A stretch of DNA of 63,923 bases, filler included, from an uncultured Methanosarcinales archaeon (GTDB lineage Archaea > Nanobdellota > Nanobdellia > Woesearchaeales > CAZXZL01), in assembly GCA_964645415.1 (NCBI GenBank). It is 4 parts of 4 records of this genome, joined end to end, with 100 filler letters (N's around TTAATTAATTAA, not from the genome) between each part and the next. Parts side by side here need not be neighbours in the genome. Positions count along the whole stretch, not along the records: positions 39,465 to 58,707 come from CAZXZL010000016.1; positions 58,808 to 63,923 come from CAZXZL010000051.1; 2 more parts are not named here. One strand, 5' to 3'. How positions within the stretch are numbered: position 1 is the stretch's first letter; every line of letters begins with the position of its first letter. Both the position numbers and the translations under genes were made by a program. The notes under the pieces were generated by a model, which saw nothing but the letters and a program-made list of their open reading frames with translations, did not search any database and had not been told where the DNA came from. Of the stretch, positions 50,348 to 60,618 are shown piece by piece.

Positions 50348-51550
50348 GTGGTTAAAATGATGTTAATAAAAATAATTAGTTCTTTTTTATATATCGTTTT
50401 AGATATTCTTTTATCTTTTTTATCCTACTTAATACCTAAAAAACAAGGTTTAATTGTTTTTACATCGCACTATGGAGAGAAGTATAAAAATAATAGTAAA
50501 TATTTATTTGAGTATTTAAATAGTAATCTTGATCTTGAAAATAAACTTAATGAAGGTAATTTTTTATTTATTTGGGCAACAAGATCTAAAGAAGTTTATA
50601 AAAGTTTACTTGAAAGAAACTTAAAATGTTCTTATACATATTCGCTTAAACACATATATTATATTCTAAGAAGTGAATCATTTGTTATTGATAATTCTTT
50701 AAAAGGAATTTTTTTTACAAATGTTTTTAGTTTTTTAGGAAGGTTTAATGTAATACAATTATGGCATGGTACAGGTTTTAAAAAAATAGTACATCAAGAT
50801 AAAAAAGTTAATTTTATTAAAAAAGTTTATTATTTCATGAGATCTTCAACAATTAATAAGGTTATTGCTTCTTCAGAATGTGATAAATCTAAAAAACAAG
50901 CAGCTTTTATAAATGATAATGTTATCATAACTGGAAATCCTCATGATGACATATTCTTTGAAAAGACTTTGGTTAAAACTAATTATGGTAAAAAATTAAA
51001 TTTTAAATCTTATAATAAAATTATTCTTTATGCTCCTACTTTCAGAGATAATAATTTTATTGAACCATTCAGTTCTTCTTTTTATCAGAGATTAAGTAGT
51101 TTTTTAGATCGAAAAAATTACTTTTTTTTAATAAAAAAACATCCTTATGACGATAATTTCAAAGTCCCTAATAATTATGAAAATATCGTAGATATTACTC
51201 CTTTTATTTCTGATGTTCATGATCTTTTGATTGATATTGATTTATTAATAAGTGATTATAGTAGTTTGATTACAAGTTTTATTTTTACTAATAAACCTAT
51301 TTTGTTCTATATTTATGATTATAAAAATTATGTTAAAAACTCAAGAGAGTTTTATTATGACAATTTATTGGATCTTCTTCCTGGACCTTTGATTAATAAT
51401 GAAGATAAACTTATTCATCACATTGAAAATGAATCTTGGTTTTATTCTGAAAGTAACATGAAAAAATATAATTCTTTTAAAAATAAATTCCATAAATTTC
51501 AAAATGGTGGTTTTTCAAAAAGAGTTTTTATTAATGTTTTAAATAACTAA
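50348..51550 (+). CDS. CDP-glycerol glycerophosphotransferase (TagB/TagF family)
   Basis: NSKYLF, QLWHGTGFKK, TGNP, ILYAPTFR, KKHP, LISDYSS, KPI.FY.YD. Confidence 0.92.
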   Translation: MVKMMLIKIISSFLYIVLDILLSFLSYLIPKKQGLIVFTSHYGEKYKNNSKYLFEYLNSNLDLENKLNEGNFLFIWATRSKEVYKSLLERNLKCSYTYSLKHIYYILRSESFVIDNSLKGIFFTNVFSFLGRFNVIQLWHGTGFKKIVHQDKKVNFIKKVYYFMRSSTINKVIASSECDKSKKQAAFINDNVIITGNPHDDIFFEKTLVKTNYGKKLNFKSYNKIILYAPTFRDNNFIEPFSSSFYQRLSSFLDRKNYFFLIKKHPYDDNFKVPNNYENIVDITPFISDVHDLLIDIDLLISDYSSLITSFIFTNKPILFYIYDYKNYVKNSREFYYDNLLDLLPGPLINNEDKLIHHIENESWFYSESNMKKYNSFKNKFHKFQNGGFSKRVFINVLNN

Positions 51551-51555
51551 TTAGG

Positions 51556-51972
51556 GTGTTTTTAATGAGTAAAATAATAGGTTATACTACAGGGGTTTTT
51601 GATTTATTTCATGTTGGTCATTTGAATATATTAAAGAAGTCAAAAGAATTTTGTGATATTTTAATTGTTGGAGTTACTATTGATAAAACAACTGAGAAAA
51701 TCAAAGGAAAAAGACCAATTATTTCATATAAAGATCGCTCAAGAATAGTTAGAAGTATTAAATATGTTGATGTAGTCATTCCTCAAAAAAAAATAGATGA
51801 AATTGAGGATTATCATTATCTGAAGTTTGATTGTATCTTTAAAGGTGATGATTGGGAGGGTACTGAAAAATGGAGAAAACTCAAATCTTTTTTTAAAAAT
51901 AAGGGTGTTGATGTTATCTTTTTCCCATATACTGAAAAAATTTCAAGTACTAAAATTAGAAATAATTTATAA
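51556..51972 (+). CDS. tagD: Glycerol-3-phosphate cytidylyltransferase (TagD-like)
   Basis: GVFDLFHVGH, IVGV, KGDDW, PYTEKISSTKIR. Confidence 0.85.
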   Translation: MFLMSKIIGYTTGVFDLFHVGHLNILKKSKEFCDILIVGVTIDKTTEKIKGKRPIISYKDRSRIVRSIKYVDVVIPQKKIDEIEDYHYLKFDCIFKGDDWEGTEKWRKLKSFFKNKGVDVIFFPYTEKISSTKIRNNL

Positions 51973-52060
51973 TTAATTTTTTATTATATCTCTTTTTTAT
52001 ACTTTAGATTTATCTAGAGATCTTTATTAAATCATTAATTATGGTTTATTTATTGTCAAA

Positions 52061-52684
52061 ATGCGATATAAATTAAAAGTTAAGGATATTATAAAAGAGA
52101 ACTATAATGTTAAAACATTTAGGCTTGAGAAAAAATTTGATTTTAATCCGGGAGAACATTGTTTTATTATTTATGAAGGTGCTAAGAGACCTTTCACAAT
52201 TTCTAGTTCTATTGATTCTAATTTTATTGATTTTACTATCAAAAAAGTAGGTTATGTCACTTCAAATTTGTTTAATAATATCTCTGTTTCAGATTATCTT
52301 GAAGTAGAAGGTCCTATGAAGAGTAATTTATCGATTAATCCAAATCCTAACAAAAAATATGTTTTTATTGCTGGAGGTACTGGTATTACTCCTTTTTCTT
52401 CAATATTACTTTCTTATCCTAAATATAAGGATAATTTCAAAGTTTTCTTTACTAATTCTACTAAGAAAGATATTTTTTTCAAAGATCGCCTTAAAGGTTT
52501 TAATGTTGATTTTATAGTAACAGAAAGAGATGGTAGAATAAATAAAGAGTTTTTATTGAAAAAAGTTGAAGATTTAAGTAATAAACATTTTGTATTGTGT
52601 GGTCCTAAACCTATGGAAGAGTCAATTAAAGTTTGCTTAAAAAAACTAAATGTTGATAATTCAAAAGTTATTTCTTTTTACTAG
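52061..52684 (+). CDS. FNR-like FAD/NAD(P)-binding oxidoreductase
   Basis: RPFTISS, G.VTS.L, EGP, IAGGTGITPF, LCGPKPM. Confidence 0.92.
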   Translation: MRYKLKVKDIIKENYNVKTFRLEKKFDFNPGEHCFIIYEGAKRPFTISSSIDSNFIDFTIKKVGYVTSNLFNNISVSDYLEVEGPMKSNLSINPNPNKKYVFIAGGTGITPFSSILLSYPKYKDNFKVFFTNSTKKDIFFKDRLKGFNVDFIVTERDGRINKEFLLKKVEDLSNKHFVLCGPKPMEESIKVCLKKLNVDNSKVISFY

Positions 52685-52846
52685 TTTTTAAGAATTTATT
52701 ATGTTGTTTTTATTTGTTCTCATTACTTTTATTCAGTTTTTTCTTCGTATTATATTTTGTTTTTCTTAATTTATTATAATTATTATTTACAGAAGTATTT
52801 TATTATTATATTAGAGTTATATTAAGAATTTAGAATGAAAAGAAAG

Positions 52847-52960
52847 ACAACGGCGAATTCAGGCTCCCAATTATAAAATCAGTACTACTGAAAACGTCGG
52901 TATGCTTAACTTCGGTGTTCGGAATGGGTACCGGTGTAACCATACCACTATGGCCGTTAC
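52847..52960 (-). rRNA. rrf: 5S ribosomal RNA
   Basis: Reverse complement GUAACGGCCAUAG...CCCAUUCCGAACACCGAAGUUAAGC...AGUACU...GGGA...GCCGUUG with paired ends. Confidence 0.95.
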
Positions 52961-53001
52961 AATATTTGTAAATATTCGGTGTTTTATATATTTTTCTCTA
53001 A

Positions 53002-54582
53002 TTAACTTTCATTGAGTTCATCTTTCAAACTTTTTTTTCTTCTTAGCTTATGGTAATTTATTCCAAATCGATGTGCTTCATTTCTAATATTTATTAAAAG
53101 CTTCATCATTGGTTCATTATTATCTATGTTTATTGGATCTTTTTTATGGTGTGTAAAAATTTCTTCTTCTCTTTTTGCAATTGAAATTATTGGAATTTCT
53201 AAGTTTAACTTGTTAAGAGCTTTTTTTGCAAATTTTAATTGTATTTTTCCTCCATCTATTAATATTAAGTTTGGCATATCTTTTTCTTCTTTTATCAATC
53301 TTTTATATCTTCTATGAACTACTTCTTTCATTGCTCTAAAGTCATCTACTCCTTCTACTGTTCTAATTTTAAATCTTCTATAATTATTTTTATCTTTTTT
53401 ACCATTCTTAAATCGAACCATACTTGCAACTGTTTCACTCCCTTGAGTATGAGATATATCAAAGCATTCAATTATTCTTGGTTCTTCTTTTAGTTTTAAT
53501 TTCTCTTTTAATTGTATCATTTGTCTGTATTCTTCTTTATATTTTGATTTTATGTTCTTTTTTGCTAGTTCAAGTAAGTCTTTTTTTAGACCTCTTTTTG
53601 GACTTATTACTTTTACTTTTTCTTCGGCTTTTGCTTCAAGATAATTTATTATACTTTCATCTTTTAGTTTTTCTGGGATTATTATTGTCTTAGGTACTTG
53701 TTTATCAGAGTAGTATGTTTTTATGAACTCTTCTAAATAATCTTCAGTTTTATCTATGGTATACCTATCTTTTCCTGTTAGTATCCCATTTCTCACATAA
53801 AAAACCATTATCGTAACTTTTTCTTCATCTTCAATATAATTTATTACGTCTTGATAACTTTTCTTCTTTTGTTCAATTATTTGTTTTTTCTCTATTTCTT
53901 TTATTGCTTCTATTTGTTCTTTTTTTTGCTTTGCTTTTTCATACTTTTTTTCTTCTGATAGTTTTTTCATCTCTTTTTTTATTTCTTTAATTATTTCTTT
54001 AGTTTTTCTTCTTTTTAGAAAATCTTTGACTTTCTCTATGTTTTTAGAGTATTCTTCTTTGCTAATTTTATTCACACATGGTGCTTTACATATGTCTATT
54101 TGATATCTTAAACATGGTCTTTTTGGAAATGTTCTACATGTTCTAATAAAGAATTTTTTTCGTAGTAATCTTACTATGTTATTTCTTAAATCGTTAACAG
54201 TATATGGTCCAAAATATTCTCCTTTTAGATTCTTTCTTCTAGTTACAATTAATCTTGGAAATTCTTCTTTTGTTATAACTAGATAAGGATATTTTTTTGA
54301 ATCTTTTAACAGTACATTATATTTTGGTTTATGTTTTTTTATAAGATTTTGTTCTAGTAATAATGCTTCTACTTCTGTTTTTGTTATCATAAATTCAACA
54401 TCACTTATTTTTTCAATTAGTTTTCTTGTTTTAATTCTTTTTTTTGAGTTATCAAAATAACTTCTAACTCTATTTTTAAGATTTTTTGCTTTACCTACAT
54501 AAATCACATTACCTTTTTTATCTTTATATAAATAACATCCAGTTTCCTTAGGTATTTTGTAATCATCTATTGAAAAGTCCAT
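53002..54582 (-). CDS. uvrC: Excinuclease ABC subunit C (lacks C-terminal HhH)
   Basis: GIY-YIG GCY..YVGKAKNL..RV, EALLLE, PKYN, Cys cluster, ECFDISH, IDGG, RNEAHRF. Confidence 0.96.
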   Translation of the reverse strand: MDFSIDDYKIPKETGCYLYKDKKGNVIYVGKAKNLKNRVRSYFDNSKKRIKTRKLIEKISDVEFMITKTEVEALLLEQNLIKKHKPKYNVLLKDSKKYPYLVITKEEFPRLIVTRRKNLKGEYFGPYTVNDLRNNIVRLLRKKFFIRTCRTFPKRPCLRYQIDICKAPCVNKISKEEYSKNIEKVKDFLKRRKTKEIIKEIKKEMKKLSEEKKYEKAKQKKEQIEAIKEIEKKQIIEQKKKSYQDVINYIEDEEKVTIMVFYVRNGILTGKDRYTIDKTEDYLEEFIKTYYSDKQVPKTIIIPEKLKDESIINYLEAKAEEKVKVISPKRGLKKDLLELAKKNIKSKYKEEYRQMIQLKEKLKLKEEPRIIECFDISHTQGSETVASMVRFKNGKKDKNNYRRFKIRTVEGVDDFRAMKEVVHRRYKRLIKEEKDMPNLILIDGGKIQLKFAKKALNKLNLEIPIISIAKREEEIFTHHKKDPINIDNNEPMMKLLINIRNEAHRFGINYHKLRRKKSLKDELNES

Positions 54583-54628
54583 ATTTATTTAATGTTAAAT
54601 ACTACAGTTTTTTATTTATTTTTATCCC

Positions 54629-54880
54629 TCAATTTTTATCAATTACTAAAAACAAAGTTTTTAGAATCTTTAAATCAAAGATTTAATAGAAATTGACTAG
54701 GATAGTACCATACGTTGTATGGCACGGTAGTTCCTATAAATTTCTATTTCTTTTTATTTTTGTTTTATTAGCTTCTTCTTTTTTGCTTTTGGATGATTTT
54801 GATCTCTATACTATCGAAGATGACTCTGCCCTACTATTTTTCGAAGAAGATAAGGCGAAGCTTTTTTCAAAGAAGATGAA
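54629..54880 (-). repeat. Mosaic intergenic element copy R4
   Basis: 39-bp block shared with R3; taaatc-aaa-gattta; gtaccatac-gtt-gtatggcac; atc-gaa-gat, ttttc-gaa-gaaga, aaggc-gaa-gcttt; gatgactctgccct module. Confidence 0.9.
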
Positions 54881-54915
54881 AAATGTATATTTTTAGACTT
54901 TTTCACCTAAAATTA

Positions 54916-56175
54916 CTACTCTTGAAGCATCCAATCTAATTGCTTTAAATTGTCTGAAATATCATAACCTGTTGCTTTTCTTATATAATCTGAAGCTTTG
55001 TAAAGATCATTAATATTATTTCCTGTTTGAATGTGAATGTGTGGGAAAAACCAACCACAACTTGTAAAACTTAATTGTGTATGATACTCTGCTTTCAATA
55101 AGTTTAATACTTTTTCTTCAATCTCATTTGAATAATCGCCTTTAAAATTATTTCTTATAAAATCCTCTCTTGATATATTATTTAATTTTAAGTCAATATA
55201 TTCATTTCTTGCTTTCCAAATATCTTTTAAATACATACTTGCTTTATTTTGATAAATTTCATGAACTTTATCTTCTTGATTTTCTGCAACATCTAATAAT
55301 GGTCTTTGATAATTTTTTTCTCCTCCTGCACAATCACATCCGTCAGTCCATCTACTTAAATTTCCACATAAACAACTCCAAGATGATCTTTCATGAATGT
55401 CACTTTCAATTGGGTCTACTTCTTTAATAATCTGATCTAAAGTTTTCATTTCAACATAATCTCTCTTTTCAACTGATTCTGGAAAGTATGCTGCCCACTT
55501 ATCTGCAAACTCATGATGATGCCCAAAAGTCTCACCATCATATGCTAAAAGCATAAAATCAGAATCTCTGTTCTCTACTAACTCATCTAGAGCTATGTCA
55601 GCATTATCTAAATATCTTGTATCCCCTCTTATTTTTCTGTTAAATGCAATATCACTACTAACTGGATTAAAGAAAAAATATATTATTGATTTATTATCTC
55701 CTAAATCTATTTTATGTGGTTTTGATGAATTTCCATAACCTCTCTTTTGATTCCAAGAACCAATAGTGTATTCAATTCCTTGATTAACTAATTCTTTACA
55801 CACTCTCTTATCTGTTGCTGTTTCTGGAAGCCACATTCCCTTTGGTTCTCTTTTGAAATATTTTTTGAAGTGTTTTTTCCCCCAAATAATTTGTGTTTTT
55901 AAGTCTTCGTCATATCTAATTAAGGGCATAATTCGATGATTATAAGGTTGAGCAATTGCTTGACCTTTATCAGACTGAATAATTGATTCAAGAGTTTCTT
56001 TATCATTCTCTTTAAACCACTCAATCAATGTTGGGCCAATATTGAAGCTAATATTTTCTAATATACCTGAGTTAGAATTTGGCTTATAGCACTCATTGTT
56101 TATTTGTGATGCCCAATAATCGTTTCCTCTCGGTTGATAGAAATGCCAATGTTGTGAAATACAGATCTCTCCCAT
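54916..56175 (-). CDS. GH57-family glycoside hydrolase (DUF3536-type)
   Basis: HFYQPR, INNECY.PN, SFNIGPTL..W, YNH.IMPL, GMWLPETA, DGETFGHH, SWSC, FTSCGWFF. Confidence 0.9.
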   Translation of the reverse strand: MGEICISQHWHFYQPRGNDYWASQINNECYKPNSNSGILENISFNIGPTLIEWFKENDKETLESIIQSDKGQAIAQPYNHRIMPLIRYDEDLKTQIIWGKKHFKKYFKREPKGMWLPETATDKRVCKELVNQGIEYTIGSWNQKRGYGNSSKPHKIDLGDNKSIIYFFFNPVSSDIAFNRKIRGDTRYLDNADIALDELVENRDSDFMLLAYDGETFGHHHEFADKWAAYFPESVEKRDYVEMKTLDQIIKEVDPIESDIHERSSWSCLCGNLSRWTDGCDCAGGEKNYQRPLLDVAENQEDKVHEIYQNKASMYLKDIWKARNEYIDLKLNNISREDFIRNNFKGDYSNEIEEKVLNLLKAEYHTQLSFTSCGWFFPHIHIQTGNNINDLYKASDYIRKATGYDISDNLKQLDWMLQE

Positions 56176-56290
56176 TTTCCTGATTCTTGTTTTTTGTTTA
56201 TTTAAATTTTCTGAAAACTTTCTTATTTAAACAATATTTTTATAATTTTATCACTTTCATATTTAAATTAACTTATAAGTTAGTTAATTA

Positions 56291-56980
56291 TTGGTGTTTA
56301 AAATGCCCCAACCTTCTATTAATCAGACATTAGATTATGCTAAAAAATATGCTAAAAGTTCTAGAGTTTTTAAAATGGAGAACCATCTTTCAAGCTTAGA
56401 TTACGATGATTTAGAAGATAATATTGTAGATAAAATAGATAACATTAGAAAATTAGGTTACAAAAAGATTATCTCTAACTACTTAGAAAAAGCTAAAAGA
56501 AAATCTAAATTAGGTGATTATTCAGGTTTTGATCATTATTCTAATAGGATTAAAATTTATTCAAAAAAAATAGATGTTGATTATCCAGAACAACTAAAAC
56601 AACTAGAAAAGAAAATGTATCCTAAAATGTTAAAAAAGAACAAAAAGAAACTTCAAAGTTATATTAAATCAAATAATTTAGAATTTTTAATTATGTCTTT
56701 AATAAAAATTAGAAAAGCTTCAGAAAGTTTAGGTAAGGATATAGATGACTTTATTTATGATTCTCAAAAACATTTTGATATCGAAGAATTAGTCTCACTT
56801 TATCATGATAATGCTTTAATTAGGGCTGAAATTGGAAACGTATATGAAGTTAGTTTAATTTTAAAAAATACTGAAAGATATTATGATAAATTACATCACT
56901 CATATTTTATAGAAAAAGAGTTAATCAAAGATATTTCTTATAAAAACTCTAAATATAATTATATCTCAAAAGAAAATTAA
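56291..56980 (+). CDS. Hypothetical helical-repeat protein
   Basis: 229-aa ORF; start may be the ATG of MPQPS. Confidence 0.6.
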   Translation: MVFKMPQPSINQTLDYAKKYAKSSRVFKMENHLSSLDYDDLEDNIVDKIDNIRKLGYKKIISNYLEKAKRKSKLGDYSGFDHYSNRIKIYSKKIDVDYPEQLKQLEKKMYPKMLKKNKKKLQSYIKSNNLEFLIMSLIKIRKASESLGKDIDDFIYDSQKHFDIEELVSLYHDNALIRAEIGNVYEVSLILKNTERYYDKLHHSYFIEKELIKDISYKNSKYNYISKEN

Positions 56981-56993
56981 AATATATATCTAG

Positions 56994-57050
56994 TATGCTA
57001 AAGATTATCTCTTCGTTAAAGTGCAGTGTGTAGGGCAAAATCCTCTTAAA
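56994..57050 (+). repeat. Mosaic intergenic element copy R8 (degenerate)
   Basis: tatgctaaag (cf. 5971-5980 reverse complement), cttcg, agggcaaaatcctct module. Confidence 0.5.
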
Positions 57051-57120
57051 AAAATATCATTATAAAAGTTGATATAATATTCTTAGAAAGATTTTTAAAG
57101 ATTACTTATGATTTTATTTT

Positions 57121-58377
57121 ATGGACCCCGGCTTGTTTTATGTAACTATATTCAGTTTAATGGTACTAATAGGGATTTTATCAGAGTATCTTGCTGACAA
57201 AACAAAAATTCCAGATATTCTTTATTTAATGATATTTGGAATGATTTTGGGAGTAATTCCTTATAATGGTTCTTATTTAATCTCATTTCCAGATGCATTT
57301 TTATCTTCAATTGGTATACTTGCCTTAGCAATGATTGTTTTTGATTCCACATCAAGACTTCCATTAAAGAGTTTTGACACTTTAAGTGGAGAAGTTATGA
57401 AGTATATATTTTTATTTGTTATTTCAATTTTAGTCTTTTTAAGTATCTTTATTCATTTCTTATTTGGTTTTGAATTTTTTCATTTATCTCTCATTTTAAG
57501 TTCATTAGTCATTGGATCATCTCCTGATGCTGTTGAAGCAATGTTTAATTATCTCAAAGAAAAAAAAGTTCAGATGGACTTTTTAGAAATAGAATCTATC
57601 ATAAATAGTCCTTTAACTTTAATTCTTCCATTTATCTTTATTGATTTTGGACTTAGAGCAACAGATTTTTCAATGGAAGTATTACTCTCTGGTTATATCT
57701 CTCCTTTCTTTCAGGAAGTTGTTACCGGTATTGGTGCAGGTGTTGTAGTAGGGATAATTGTATTTAGAGGGATGAGAAGAAATTACTCAGAAAAGATTTC
57801 ACCTCTCTTACTTTTAGCTTCAGCTTCTTTATCATATGTTTTAGCTGAAAACTTAGGTGGAAATGGAGTACTTGCTGTTACAACATTAGGAATTTTCTTT
57901 GGAAACATGTATGTAAAAGAAAAAGAAACCCTTCATGAATTTTCTTCTTTTCTATCAAATTTATTAAAAATATTAATCTTTGTATTATTAGGTATTGTAA
58001 CAAGAGTTGATCAGATGTCATTAATAGATATCTTAAGACCAATAATATTATTTTTAGCATTTATTTTATTACGTTTCATATTAACATATTTACTGTATAA
58101 AAATAAACTAAGTTTTGAAAAAATACTATTTCTCACTTTTAATGCTCCAAAAGGAATTGCTACAGCTATTGCGGCATTTACATTATTTTCAATATTCGAT
58201 CAATACTCATTTCTTTTACCAACAGTTCTTATATTTGTATTGATTAGTATTATTGTTTCTGGAATATCAGTTTATGTTTTCAAAAGAATAGAATCTCGTA
58301 GAGAAAAGATGAGGGAACACTTAAATCATGGAAAAGGAAAAAAAATTTTAAGTGAAAATGAACCGAATTCAATTTAA
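57121..58377 (+). CDS. CPA1/NhaP-type cation:proton antiporter
   Basis: About 12 TMs, IPDIL, LEIESIINSP, GGNGVLAV, PKGIA. Confidence 0.9.
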   Translation: MDPGLFYVTIFSLMVLIGILSEYLADKTKIPDILYLMIFGMILGVIPYNGSYLISFPDAFLSSIGILALAMIVFDSTSRLPLKSFDTLSGEVMKYIFLFVISILVFLSIFIHFLFGFEFFHLSLILSSLVIGSSPDAVEAMFNYLKEKKVQMDFLEIESIINSPLTLILPFIFIDFGLRATDFSMEVLLSGYISPFFQEVVTGIGAGVVVGIIVFRGMRRNYSEKISPLLLLASASLSYVLAENLGGNGVLAVTTLGIFFGNMYVKEKETLHEFSSFLSNLLKILIFVLLGIVTRVDQMSLIDILRPIILFLAFILLRFILTYLLYKNKLSFEKILFLTFNAPKGIATAIAAFTLFSIFDQYSFLLPTVLIFVLISIIVSGISVYVFKRIESRREKMREHLNHGKGKKILSENEPNSI

Positions 58378-58402
58378 TTATTCAGAAATTATAGATAATT
58401 TA

Positions 58403-58476
58403 TGGGTCTGCTGGGATTTGAACCCAGGCAAAACGGTCCGAAGCCGTTTATGCTATCCAAACTACATCACAGACCC
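58403..58476 (-). tRNA. tRNA-Arg(TCG), no intron, CCA not encoded
   Basis: Cloverleaf: GGGTCTG/CAGACCC acceptor, AACGG-CTTCGGA-CCGTT anticodon arm, CTGGG-TTCAAAT-CCCAG T arm. Confidence 0.95.
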
Positions 58477-58807
58477 AAACTAATTTTTTAAAACCATACA
58501 TTATTTTAAATATTTCCAAAAAAAATTCAATATAACTTAATGAGGTTATCTAATGAAAATATTACATTATTTATAAAATAAACTAGTTACTATTAACACA
58601 TAATTACATTTTTTTTTATATTTTGAATAACTGTTACTATTAGTATATATTTTAGTTTCAAGTATATTTTATTTTATATGGGGAATCATTTTTATTTAGT
58701 TTTAATTNNNNNNNNNNNNNNNNNNNNNNNNNNNNNNNNNNNNNNNNNNNNTTAATTAATTAANNNNNNNNNNNNNNNNNNNNNNNNNNNNNNNNNNNNN
58801 NNNNNNN

Positions 58808-59412
58808 ATTTCATGTAAATAATCAATATCAACTAAAACATCACTTGGTACTTGAACATCACCCTGTTCAAATATTCCATAAACTTCAGTAGAAATGTTA
58901 CTTATCAATAAATCATCTCCTCTTCTCACACGATCAGAAAATAATGATCTAGAACCTTCATAAGTTAAAACAACACCATCATCCCCACTACCAACTAAAT
59001 TTCCATCTTCAAGACGAACACCAGTCCCATATAAAATATGATCATATAATCTTTCTACATCAGTTCCCATTACAGAAGTTCTAATTTTTGTACCTTTAAA
59101 TTCAAGTTCTTGATTAGATATATAACCCGGTATTGCAACATCAACCCCTAAAATTCTTTCAATATCATCTACATCATCAATACTAAAGGAAATAGATTCA
59201 TCAAGTGGACCCATCTGAGGAGTGACTCGAATTATATCTGTTCCAAAACCTAAAACTTGATCTTCAATAACATTTTCTAAACCATCACCCATAAGCATAA
59301 AAGAGTAAACTGCCATAATTGAAATAACAATTCCTAATAAAGTTAAAAATGACCTTAATTTATGCTCTTTTAAGTTTTTTAATGCAAGTCCGATTCCATC
59401 ACTAATTATCAT
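58808..59412 (-). CDS. MacB/FtsX-type ABC permease (3' end lost in gap)
   Basis: LKEHKLRSFLTLLGIVISI, G.D.I.V, extracellular core. Confidence 0.88.
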
Positions 59413-59413
59413 A

Positions 59414-60595
59414 TTAATACCTCATAGCATCTACTGGGTCTAATTTAACAGCCTTCCTTGCTGGGAATAAAGATGAAACAATTCCAAAAATGATTGAAAA
59501 ACCTAATAATCCTAAAGCATAATGTAATTCAAATACAAAAGTTAGTGACATTCCAAATTCATTAATTAATTGAATTCCACCATATGCAATTAAAGAACCA
59601 ATTCCAACACCAACTAAATAGCTAGCAATAGTCATTATAATAGTTTCTGATAAAAATAAATTAAATATATCTTCGTTTTTTGCACCCATTGATTTCATAA
59701 TACCTATATCTTTAGTTCTTTCATGGACAGATGTAAAAAGAGTATTTGATATTCCAATTGACCCAACTAAAAGTGAGATTAAAGCAATTGCTAAAACAGC
59801 ATAATTAACAGTATTTAAAATATCCCCTGCAATCTCTTGAATATTATCCATTGTAATAAATTCATAATCATCTCCTTTATAATCCTCAAAATCATACTCT
59901 AAATCAGCGATCATTTCATCAGTTGGTTCATCATGTGTTAAAAGCATTAACATATTTACTTCATCTGGGTTATCAAAAAAATCACTCATTGCATCTTGAG
60001 TCATCCAAAACATAGCATCATCTTCAGGATGACCTAATTCTTCAACAATACCAACAACACGATAATCTCTTCCAGAAATTTCTAAGATATCATCAATTTC
60101 AACAACTTCATCAAAAACCCCATCAGCAATTAAAGAACCAATTAAAACTTCACGATCAGTAGAAGGAGCTCTACCTTTATTAATTCTAAAACCAAAATCA
60201 CCACCATCATCCATATATCTATAAAAGACATCATCAGTCCCTGTAACATAACCTCTACCTTCCTCACCACCATAAGTTGCTGAAGCCATACTATAAATCA
60301 TGTATGTACAATCTCTGATTTCACTTCGCCTATAGAAAAAGTCACAATCCTCAATTTCAAATTCTCTCCTTAAAGCTGATCCCATAATATCATCACTTCC
60401 ACCAAGAACCATAACTGTATTTGTTCCAAAAGCACCTAACATATCATTCACAGCATGAGATAAACTTGAACCTAAAATAAGAAGAGAAGTAATTAAAATA
60501 AGTGATATCGAGACCCCTATTATATTTAAAACAGTACGTGCTTTATTTTGCCTAATATACTTTGAGGCAATTAAAAAATAATCAAGAGGTCTCAT
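59414..60595 (-). CDS. MacB/FtsX-type ABC permease
   Basis: ISLLVGSIGISNTL..SVHERTKDIGIMKSMGA, PARKAVKLDPVDAMR. Confidence 0.95.
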   Translation of the reverse strand: MRPLDYFLIASKYIRQNKARTVLNIIGVSISLILITSLLILGSSLSHAVNDMLGAFGTNTVMVLGGSDDIMGSALRREFEIEDCDFFYRRSEIRDCTYMIYSMASATYGGEEGRGYVTGTDDVFYRYMDDGGDFGFRINKGRAPSTDREVLIGSLIADGVFDEVVEIDDILEISGRDYRVVGIVEELGHPEDDAMFWMTQDAMSDFFDNPDEVNMLMLLTHDEPTDEMIADLEYDFEDYKGDDYEFITMDNIQEIAGDILNTVNYAVLAIALISLLVGSIGISNTLFTSVHERTKDIGIMKSMGAKNEDIFNLFLSETIIMTIASYLVGVGIGSLIAYGGIQLINEFGMSLTFVFELHYALGLLGFSIIFGIVSSLFPARKAVKLDPVDAMRY

Positions 60596-60618
60596 TTTTT
60601 ATCAACTCATAACTCCTA

